A DNA stretch of 38,724 nucleotides from a virus: IMG/VR virus record IMGVR_UViG_3300027980_000019. One strand, given 5' to 3'. Position numbers and translations under genes: made by a program. Under the pieces are notes generated by a model that saw nothing but the letters and a program-made list of their open reading frames with translations, was not told the origin of the DNA and did no database searches. Position 1 is the stretch's first letter. The number at the start of each line of letters is the position of its first letter. Positions 8,139 through 14,422 of the stretch are shown one piece after another.

Positions 8139-8351
8139 ATGATGAGCAAGCGTAGAAAGTTCTGAGAGCTAGTCGTCGTCGATGGTGATGTTCGGGCTGT
8201 TATTGTCAGGCTGAACCCTGACGTCGAGGGTGCAGATAAGCGCCCATGTTTTGCTTGTGATGATTGCGACTGCGAGGAGTTCGATAACTTAATGACTGAA
8301 AACAGTGATTTTATTTATCACATCAGTGAATGCAGGATGAGCGATGAATGA
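8139..8351 (+). pseudogene. Interrupted ORF with an in-frame TGA after 8 codons (recoding candidate or fresh nonsense mutation)
   Basis: AGGGG RBS, then ATGATG AGC AAG CGT AGA AAG TTC TGA(8163-8165), then 61 open codons (..DGDVRAVIVRLNPDVEGADKRPCFACDDCDCEEFDNL..). The final TGA overlaps the next gene's start as ATGA. Confidence 0.4.
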
Positions 8352-8542
8352 CAACAACACTACAGAAAGAGCGGCTGTTTGAGATTGCAAAGTACACACA
8401 GGCGCCAACACGTACACGCAAAGGCTTTAACGCAGACTGGCATAAAGCGATGGTAAAGCAGCTCATTGCGCTAGACCTAGTGACAGTTAAGTTTGGCAGT
8501 GTGGTACTGACTGATAAAGGGTGGCAGGAAATTGGCGAATAG
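8348..8542 (+). CDS. Hypothetical small protein (possibly winged-helix-like)
   Basis: 64-aa ORF with an ATGA overlap to the upstream frame. Confidence 0.5.
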   Translation: MTTTLQKERLFEIAKYTQAPTRTRKGFNADWHKAMVKQLIALDLVTVKFGSVVLTDKGWQEIGE

Positions 8543-9125
8543 CAAAAAGCGATGTAAGCACTGTAAAGGCTATTTTGACGCTGAATCAATGGTTGTGGTT
8601 CCCGCTGGAACCTTCTGTACAGCCGAACACGCTACGGAATGGGTAAAGACGGCTAATGGCAAGGCTAACGGCGAAAAGGTCAGGAAAGCGGCACACAGAG
8701 AGCAGTTAAAGAAGGTTAGACGGAACCCGCGAGCCGAGGCGCTGGTGATTGCTCAGGAGTTGGCCAGGATCTCACGCGCTGATGACAATGGCTTTTGCAC
8801 CTGCGTGACCTGCGGCCATGTTGGTCGCTGGAATGACGGCTTCGATGGTGGGCACTATATAGCGAAGGGCAGTAGCTCGTATTGGATGTTAGACCCGCGC
8901 AACATCTGGCCGCAGTGTAAGCCCTGTAACGGCAACGGGATGAAGTTTGATGGCAGGGAGTCGCTCTATACTCTTTTTATGATCAGAGAGTTTGGGGAAG
9001 AGTTTGTGAAGCACATGCAGGACGTTAAGAAAACAACGATTAAGCGAACCGCTCAGGACTATGATGATTTCATCAAATCGGCAAAGGCTGAAGTTGCTAA
9101 ACACAGAAAGCGAATTGGCGCATAG
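8532..9125 (+). CDS. ninG: NinG-family recombination protein
   Basis: N-terminal CKHCKGYF...FCTAEH, then CTCVTCGHVG...GGHY...QCKPCNGNG...Y...FGEEFV, matching the lambda NinG layout. The TTG start is needed to keep the N-terminal Cys pair. Confidence 0.8.
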   Translation: MANSKKRCKHCKGYFDAESMVVVPAGTFCTAEHATEWVKTANGKANGEKVRKAAHREQLKKVRRNPRAEALVIAQELARISRADDNGFCTCVTCGHVGRWNDGFDGGHYIAKGSSSYWMLDPRNIWPQCKPCNGNGMKFDGRESLYTLFMIREFGEEFVKHMQDVKKTTIKRTAQDYDDFIKSAKAEVAKHRKRIGA

Positions 9126-9158
9126 TGTCCTACACAAACAAAACTGATGCGGTATAGT
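9115..9158 (+). promoter_or_regulatory. Class-I promoter-like motif, copy d (TTGGCGC-N3-GTGTCCTAC-N19-TATAGT)
   Basis: Best-matching copy. Overlaps the ninG stop and faces the ORF-poor structured region. Confidence 0.6.
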
Positions 9159-9164
9159 TAAGAC

Positions 9165-9387
9165 ATGAAGTGAGCGGAAGGCTACTCCAGCGACAACTTC
9201 ATACCGACCCGTCGCGGCGTAGTTTACGGCGGGGACTTTATGCCGGTTCCTGCTGCGGACAAAAGCAGGGCGCATTGATAGAGGTATGCTACCGCGCTGG
9301 ACGTGGACCTTGGTTGCGGGTAGGTCAAGCAACCTGCCTCTTTCAATGCGCACCACCTGACGGCCCTGTCGTCGTGTTAGGTTTTTT
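9165..9387 (+). ncRNA. Candidate ~225-nt structured RNA or terminated leader
   Basis: Lies between promoter d and an intrinsic terminator. Helices: 9270-9284/9337-9351 (14 of 15 bp), hairpins 9249-9253/9265-9269 and 9312-9317/9329-9334. The only ORFs here are Arg-rich, RBS-less and overlap on both strands. Confidence 0.5.
9355..9387 (+). terminator. Rho-independent terminator
   Basis: About 8-10 bp stem (acctgacg...cgtgttaggt, including G-U pairs) followed by TTTTTT at 9382-9387. Confidence 0.65.
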
Positions 9388-9435
9388 ACTTACTTACTTT
9401 TAACACGGTGCGCATTTTTAATTTAAGGGGGATTT

Positions 9436-9684
9436 ATGAAAACATTTATAGTAAACATGCCAGTATCAGCGAATCTTTGTGCTCAGATAGAAGCTGAGAC
9501 GGAAGAGGAAGCGATTAAGAAAATGACACAGTTAGATGTGCGTCTTGATGTCATTCCATATAACGACGACGACACTGAGGCGAAAAGCGCAGAGATTGAA
9601 GATTGGGAGATGTTTCCGGAAGGAGTCAGTCAAGGCAATATCGATTATTCTGTACTTCGTGAGGCTGAAGCTTACGAGATTTGA
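9436..9684 (+). CDS. Very acidic hypothetical protein (82 aa)
   Basis: AAGGGGGA RBS. High D/E content (EAETEEEA, NDDDTEAKSAEIEDWE). Confidence 0.6.
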   Translation: MKTFIVNMPVSANLCAQIEAETEEEAIKKMTQLDVRLDVIPYNDDDTEAKSAEIEDWEMFPEGVSQGNIDYSVLREAEAYEI

Positions 9685-9859
9685 AGATCACCCACCGAAA
9701 GGAGGTGATGACTAAGCGCAGTTAGTCGAGCGCATTGCCTAAGCCGCTGGGAAGCGTGATAGGGCTCTAATACCACGCTTAGGGTGGGTGTAGCGACCGT
9801 CCCAATGAGTGAAACGAACGACTAGAGCTACTTGCTATCGTGATTTTGAGGATATTGAA

Positions 9860-10102
9860 ATGAGAGACTTTATTGATTTTTTCTTGCCTGTGATTCTTTT
9901 AATAGTTGTTGTAATCGCGGGCGCTTTATTCGGGGAGAATTACTATGAAGAATATACATGCGGGAAATACGCAGACGTGACCGGGCGGGAAACTAAGTGG
10001 GTATTCATGCACGACTGCTACATCAACACTGGCGGCGACTGGCTGACGAAGGATGAGTATGTTGTTGTACTGGTTGCACGCGAAGGACTGCAATCACGCT
10101 AA
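9860..10102 (+). CDS. N-terminally membrane-anchored small protein
   Basis: Frame of ORF 9809..10102. ATG 9860 has a GAGGA RBS 7 nt upstream. TM segment FFLPVILLIVVVIAGALF. Confidence 0.55.
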   Translation: MRDFIDFFLPVILLIVVVIAGALFGENYYEEYTCGKYADVTGRETKWVFMHDCYINTGGDWLTKDEYVVVLVAREGLQSR

Positions 10103-10167
10103 CGCCGCACACACGCAGCCGAGGAACGAGGTCTCGTGCTGGCGTGTGTTATTAGATGACGCTACAG

Positions 10168-10198
10168 TTGACCGTTGTGGCGCGAATTGTCATAATAT
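10168..10198 (+). promoter_or_regulatory. Class-II (late-type) promoter: TTGACC-N17-CATAAT/TAATAT with spacer 13-mer GTGGCGCGAATTG
   Basis: Sigma70-like hexamers read directly. The 13-mer at 10177-10189 is identical to 12168-12180. Confidence 0.6.
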
Positions 10199-10202
10199 CC
10201 AG

Positions 10203-10700
10203 GCACTTTGGCGGGTGCGAGTAGTTATAAGGTAGTCTCTGGCGTAGTTTAAAATCTCCCGCCAGAGTGTGCCGGGGATTACACTTATAGCTATTCGTTC
10301 CTTCCAGTGCCTTGGGTATCGGGCAAAACCAACGGGCACCAAGTCAAAACGCTGAGGCGCAGTACCAGAAGCCAACGCTCCAGAGTGTAAATCCGAAAGG
10401 AAGCATTCATACGGCATTAGTAGCCAGCCCTAACGGGTTCTAAGCCGTGTACAAGATGGGGAGTGGACAGACCTTAACCAGTAGTGGTCTGGGCATAAGC
10501 AGGTGGTAAGGTGGCTTTCCTGATTCGTCAGGCTGAGATAGGTTCCGGCAAGAACAGAAACTGTATCCTGATAAGTTTGGCTTTCTGGACTAACTGGCAA
10601 TGACTTGGTGTAAATGGGATGGCGTTCTAAGTATAGGCCACCAACCCCATCTAATGACCCTTATTGCCTAAATTCCAGACAGTGGTAACATAGGGAAAAC
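10203..10700 (+). ncRNA. Candidate ~500-nt structured non-coding RNA or long leader of the late operon
   Basis: No credible ORF in about 600 bp. 13-bp helix 10203-10215/10258-10270, UUCG hairpin 10519-10532, GAAA hairpin 10392-10401, 11-bp helix 10409-10420/10440-10450 with a nested hairpin, and long-range 8-bp helix 10454-10461/10645-10652. Confidence 0.45.
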
Positions 10701-10714
10701 ACAGGAGTTTGGGC

Positions 10715-10933
10715 ATGAGCTATCGAGACAAGAAAGTAAGCGAAGCGTCACCGGAAGAGCTGTTGAAGGCTCTGATTGAGTGTTCTGGTGGTGTTGAGCA
10801 AGGGCCGGTAAAAGTCACCTACGCTAATACTGTTCGCGAGTGCCTTGTCGGTATTGGCGATGATGAGACAGCATCGGTATTCATTCATACCGAAGGTCTC
10901 GAAGAGCTTGATAAGATTGTTGCCGAGGGCTAA
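10715..10933 (+). CDS. Hypothetical protein
   Basis: ATG 10715 preceded by an ACAGGAG RBS. 72 aa. Confidence 0.55.
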   Translation: MSYRDKKVSEASPEELLKALIECSGGVEQGPVKVTYANTVRECLVGIGDDETASVFIHTEGLEELDKIVAEG

Positions 10934-10935
10934 GC

Positions 10936-11169
10936 ATGATTAAGTTCATACTGAAAGAGCTGTTACTTGATATTGTGATTCCGGTTGTCTTTAGGCTGGC
11001 GCGTAAAGCACTGGACGACGTGGAAGAAACCGCAATCCGCAAGGTTGGCCAGAACGTCCCTCTGGATGCCAATGACCTTGAGTCGGTACAAAGCAACGTA
11101 AAGCAGGCAAAAGACGCACTTGAGGCCGTACAGGGGCTTAAAGAGCGATTCAAGAAGGTGGAACGATGA
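10936..11169 (+). CDS. Hypothetical protein with a hydrophobic N-terminus and coiled-coil tail
   Basis: 77-aa ORF 3 nt after the previous stop. N-terminus MIKFILKELLLDIVIPVVF. Confidence 0.55.
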   Translation: MIKFILKELLLDIVIPVVFRLARKALDDVEETAIRKVGQNVPLDANDLESVQSNVKQAKDALEAVQGLKERFKKVER

Positions 11170-11279
11170 ACAACAAAGCGAAAGCAACAAGTTACAAGCC
11201 GAAGAAGCCGAAGAAGAAAGCCAAAAAGGTCGCGGGCGGTTTTGACTACAACATCACAAAGCGTCGGAAGGCATCATGA
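11166..11279 (+). CDS. Unlisted 37-aa highly basic peptide
   Basis: My own translation: MNNKAKATSYKPKKPKKKAKKVAGGFDYNITKRRKAS. ATGA overlaps at both ends indicate coupling. Confidence 0.45.
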   Translation: MNNKAKATSYKPKKPKKKAKKVAGGFDYNITKRRKAS

Positions 11280-11725
11280 TTTTGTTTTTTGCAGTAGTTG
11301 CTCTGGTTATATTTATATTCACCGCTAAGCGACTTGCTCTCGTGTCCTTTATAGCGTTTTTCATTGCGCAGTTTATATCAACTCGAAGTGTAGTGACGTT
11401 CAGCTATGAGGCTGCTGTAATCAGTATGATGATTCTGAACTTTTCAGTATTTTCGATTGCTGTGGCTGAGTATCGCAAGCACCATACAGACCTTTCACGC
11501 TATCTTATGTGGCTCTACCTTGGTTTTCTCGCCGTCACAGGCTCTTATGCCTTTGCCACCACCGCCACTCAGGGCTATATTTTGGTCGGAATGTCTATTG
11601 TGGAATTGATTCTGCTAGTGTCTATGGATGGGTGCCGAAGTGTCTGGACTGATTTTAGACTCACTGCTGATACTATTCGTAACGGGAGTTATCGTCAGCG
11701 CCGTCATACACACCGCGAAGGCTGA
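11276..11725 (+). CDS. Polytopic membrane protein (about 4 TM; holin-like candidate)
   Basis: Four hydrophobic stretches and a basic C-terminus. Sits just before the terminase genes, where lambdoid lysis genes are found. Confidence 0.55.
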   Translation: MILFFAVVALVIFIFTAKRLALVSFIAFFIAQFISTRSVVTFSYEAAVISMMILNFSVFSIAVAEYRKHHTDLSRYLMWLYLGFLAVTGSYAFATTATQGYILVGMSIVELILLVSMDGCRSVWTDFRLTADTIRNGSYRQRRHTHREG

Positions 11726-11730
11726 GTGTA

Positions 11731-11955
11731 ATGGACGAAAGGTACCAAACGGCAAACGCAATGATTGTTCTCGGAATGGTCGGGACATGGATAATTGACA
11801 ATCCGACTGAGTTCGTCACGATGGCAGTGGCGATTGGCGGTTTCGTTATTATGCTGGCGAAGTACCTGGAGGAAAGGGTTCAGCGTAATGAGAGGCACAA
11901 TCTCGAAGTCAAGAAGACTAGGCTGGAGATAGAGAAATTGAAGAATCAGGACTAA
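11731..11955 (+). CDS. Two-TM small membrane protein with a charged C-terminal tail (holin-like candidate)
   Basis: 74 aa. TM segments AMIVLGMVGTWII and FVTMAVAIGGFVIML, then a K/E/R-rich tail. Confidence 0.5.
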   Translation: MDERYQTANAMIVLGMVGTWIIDNPTEFVTMAVAIGGFVIMLAKYLEERVQRNERHNLEVKKTRLEIEKLKNQD

Positions 11956-11979
11956 TCCTGGTTCATAGAGGCAACACGG

Positions 11980-12029
11980 CCTGCCCCTCTTGCCCTACAT
12001 GGTTGTAGGATGCTACGGGCGGGTTTTTT
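11980..12029 (+). terminator. Compound rho-independent terminator
   Basis: Outer stem cctgccc/gggcggg (one G-U pair) enclosing the cctaca/tgtagg hairpin, followed by TTTTTT at 12024-12029. Confidence 0.7.
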
Positions 12030-12085
12030 ATTGCTCACCTACCATTGTGCAGGCAGAGGTGGCCGTATCGCCCGGTCTACAATAG

Positions 12086-12159
12086 GCGACCATACCAAGT
12101 ATGAAAAAACCCCTGTCTGACCGGTGAGTGATAGCACATAGCGCGCCATACCAAGATAT
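12086..12159 (+). repeat. Two direct repeats GCG(A/C)CCATACCAAG(T/A)TAT upstream of terS
   Basis: Core CCATACCAAG at 12090-12099 and 12146-12155, 56 bp apart. Confidence 0.6.
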
Positions 12160-12160
12160 A

Positions 12161-12189
12161 TTCAAACGTGGCGCGAATTGGTGTATATT
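12161..12189 (+). promoter_or_regulatory. Class-II (late-type) promoter: TTCAAA-N17-TATATT with spacer 13-mer GTGGCGCGAATTG
   Basis: Hexamers read directly. The 13-mer at 12168-12180 is identical to that in the 10168 promoter. Confidence 0.55.
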
Positions 12190-12219
12190 TAAGTAAGTTG
12201 TGGCTGATTTGTGGTTAAT

Positions 12220-12690
12220 ATGGCAGGTAATGACGGAAAGATAACCAAAGAGAACCGGGATCGAATGCCTGGTCGCGGTCGTAGTAATAAGTCTCTGATA
12301 CTTGAGGCTTTGCGCAGGGAGTCGTTTGAGGATCTTACGGAGAACTCAAGCAACGAGGAATCAACCGTTGCTTTCTTTCGGCACATAATCCGACGCGCTC
12401 GCTCTGGTGAGGCTGATAAAGATTCTGGCATGTTGCTTAAGTGGCTGGGTGACAAAGGCTGGGCAAGTCTAAAGCCTGTTATGGGTGCGGTAGAGTTTGA
12501 ATTCGATGCCCATGCCACTGAGTCGGAGCAGGCAAAGCAGATACTCAAGGCGGCCAGCGAGGGCCATATCACTCCTGATGTTGCGCAGATGTTTGTCAAT
12601 ATGATGACGGGCATGCTCAAGATTGAAGAGGTGACAGAGATTAAAGAGCGCCTAGATCGAATAGAGCAGATGATCGAAAACAATGGCTGA
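12220..12690 (+). CDS. terS: Putative terminase small subunit
   Basis: About 156 aa, in the position upstream of terL, with a basic N-terminus. The call is positional. GTG 12211 is an alternative start. Confidence 0.5.
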   Translation: MAGNDGKITKENRDRMPGRGRSNKSLILEALRRESFEDLTENSSNEESTVAFFRHIIRRARSGEADKDSGMLLKWLGDKGWASLKPVMGAVEFEFDAHATESEQAKQILKAASEGHITPDVAQMFVNMMTGMLKIEEVTEIKERLDRIEQMIENNG

Positions 12691-12727
12691 TAATGTCCTA
12701 GCTTGATTTTTGGGCGCTGGATAGAAT
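12683..12727 (+). promoter_or_regulatory. Class-I promoter-like motif, copy g (degenerate: ATGGCTG-N3-ATGTCCTAG-N20-TAGAAT)
   Basis: The downstream half matches well and the upstream half is weak. Confidence 0.35.
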
Positions 12728-12752
12728 TAAAGCTCACATAAAGGGGGTTGGC

Positions 12753-12947
12753 ATGGTAATACTTTGGCCGATGTACGGTGAGGCAGCAATGGCTGATTCT
12801 ATTACTGTTATTGAATCTTGCGGTTATTTCATAACTCGAATCCGGAGGCGTCCGTTGGATGGTTATGAAAGAATAGAGGTTACGCGAAAGAAGTTTGGAC
12901 GCGTAAAGAGTCTGCCTGATTTCTGTGAGGTTTTACAAGTTGCTTAA
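12753..12947 (+). CDS. Hypothetical 64-aa protein between terS and terL
   Basis: Strong AAGGGGG RBS before the ATG. Overlaps the annotated terL start. Confidence 0.45.
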   Translation: MVILWPMYGEAAMADSITVIESCGYFITRIRRRPLDGYERIEVTRKKFGRVKSLPDFCEVLQVA

Positions 12948-14418
12948 GCGTAGGCTGGATGATCTTGAGCTTAAGGTGTCGGCTATTTCTGGAGATTTAG
13001 GGCTTGGCGACCAATGGAAGGTTGATTGCCGCAATAACTTGATGGCCTTTACTGAGGTTATGTTCAAGGCGAGGAAGGGCGTCGATATGCGCCACAACTG
13101 GCACCAGCAAAAAATGGTTGATGCGCTTCATAAGGTAGTGAACGGTGAAACGTCCAGGCTTATAATCAATATCCCGCCCCGCTCAGGTAAGACAGAGCTG
13201 GCTGTCATTAACTTTATGGCATGGTGTATGGGTAGGTATCCAGACTCTGAGTTTATACATGCCTCATACTCTAAGCGCCTTGCAACTACAAACACATTTA
13301 GCACTAGGGCTGTGGTTGAGCATGAGAAGTTTGCAGAGATATTCGGCCCGCCTAAGCTTCGTAACGACTCAAACGCCAAGGATGAATGGAGGACAATCCA
13401 GGGCGGTATTGTTTACGCAACTGGTGCTGACGGAACCATTACGGGCTACGGCGCTGGAAAGATGCGCGAAGGGTTCGCTGGTGCAATTGTTATTGATGAC
13501 CCGCATAAGGCTGGTGAGGCCAATTCGGATACGATGCGGTCTAATGTTATAGATTGGTTCCAAACGACAATGGAAAGCCGGAAGAACCGGCCTGATACCC
13601 CTATTATTGTGATCATGCAGCGACTCCATGAGAATGACCTGTCCGGCTGGTTGTTGGCTGGCGGTAATGGTGAAGAGTGGGAGCATTTAAACATACCTGC
13701 TGAAGTCGATGGTGAGTCATTCTGGCCGGAGCAATTCCCGATTGAAGACCTAAAGAGAAAGGAACGCTCAAACTCTTATGTTTACGCCGGTCAGTACTTG
13801 CAGCGCCCTGCCCCTATTGGTGGCGGAATATTCAAGGAGGGGTGGTGGAATTATTACGAAATGCTGCCAAAGATTGACTATAGGATAATTACCGCTGATA
13901 CCGCACAGAAGACCAAGGAGCATAACGACTATTCTGTATTTCAGTGCTGGGGCGTTACCGAAAGCGGAGACGCTTACTTGATAGACATGATCAGGGGTAA
14001 ATGGGAGGCTCCAGAGCTGTTAGTGAATGCCCGTGCGTTCTGGGAGAAGCATTTTACAACACCGGGAATGGGTGCGCTCCGGTCAATGAATATTGAGGAC
14101 AAGGTAAGTGGTACTGGCTTGATTCAGACCTTGCAGCGAGAAGGGATAACAATTAAGGCGATTCAAAGGAATACAGACAAGATTACAAGGGCGCTTGACG
14201 TTGCCCCGGCTGTTGAATCTGGAAGGGTTTACCTACCTAAGCGTGCTAGCTATTTGTCAGACTTCATAAGGGAGCATTCTCAGTTCCCTAACTCAGCCCA
14301 TGACGACTGCGTAGACCCTGCCATTGACGCCGTGTATAATTTAGTGGTAAGCCCTCCGTATAAGGCTAAAGAGACGCCGGTAGATGAGGTCTATGTCAAT
14401 CCCGTGAACTATTGGTGA
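12925..14418 (+). CDS. terL: Terminase large subunit
   Basis: Walker A-like PPRSGKTE, Walker B GAIVIDDPHK, coupling motif IMQRLHENDL, C-terminal nuclease acidic motifs (IITADTA, NIEDKVSG, HDDCVDP). The GTG start is uncertain. Confidence 0.9.
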   Translation: MRFYKLLKRRLDDLELKVSAISGDLGLGDQWKVDCRNNLMAFTEVMFKARKGVDMRHNWHQQKMVDALHKVVNGETSRLIINIPPRSGKTELAVINFMAWCMGRYPDSEFIHASYSKRLATTNTFSTRAVVEHEKFAEIFGPPKLRNDSNAKDEWRTIQGGIVYATGADGTITGYGAGKMREGFAGAIVIDDPHKAGEANSDTMRSNVIDWFQTTMESRKNRPDTPIIVIMQRLHENDLSGWLLAGGNGEEWEHLNIPAEVDGESFWPEQFPIEDLKRKERSNSYVYAGQYLQRPAPIGGGIFKEGWWNYYEMLPKIDYRIITADTAQKTKEHNDYSVFQCWGVTESGDAYLIDMIRGKWEAPELLVNARAFWEKHFTTPGMGALRSMNIEDKVSGTGLIQTLQREGITIKAIQRNTDKITRALDVAPAVESGRVYLPKRASYLSDFIREHSQFPNSAHDDCVDPAIDAVYNLVVSPPYKAKETPVDEVYVNPVNYW

Positions 14419-14422
14419 TGAA

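Noticed and set aside
8163-8230. A selenocysteine (SECIS-directed) reading of the in-frame TGA at 8163
   Set aside because: The only nearby hairpin (gtcagg-ctgaac-cctgac, about 8205-8222) starts about 40 nt downstream and lacks the spacing and loop features of bacterial SECIS elements. There is no other support.
8889-9403. Track ORFs 9170..9403 (+, 77 aa) and 8889..9356 (-, 155 aa) as protein-coding genes
   Set aside because: They overlap each other on opposite strands and lack an RBS. Their composition is Arg/Gly/Cys-rich and odd. The minus ORF runs antisense into ninG. The region is better explained by GC-rich RNA structure between a promoter and a terminator.
10053-10417. Track ORFs 10053..10235 (+) and 10190..10417 (-) as genes
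   Set aside because: They have no RBS. One overlaps gene 9860-10102 in another frame and reads across the 10168 promoter. They overlap each other, and their products look like random Arg/Cys/Trp-rich sequence.
10103-10714. Group I/II intron, tmRNA or tRNA-like gene in the large non-coding region
   Set aside because: The flanking ORFs are complete, with their own stop and start, rather than split exons. No intron-encoded endonuclease or reverse transcriptase is present. I saw no cloverleaf and no GGTTCGAATCC..CCA-type 3' end. Only a weak T-loop-like hairpin (10432-10448) was seen.
12189-12737. The 182-aa minus-strand ORF antisense to terS
   Set aside because: It is a shadow ORF fully inside the + strand terS gene with no RBS. 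It lies in a unidirectional + strand late operon, and its product is Ser/Arg/Leu-rich as expected for an antisense frame.
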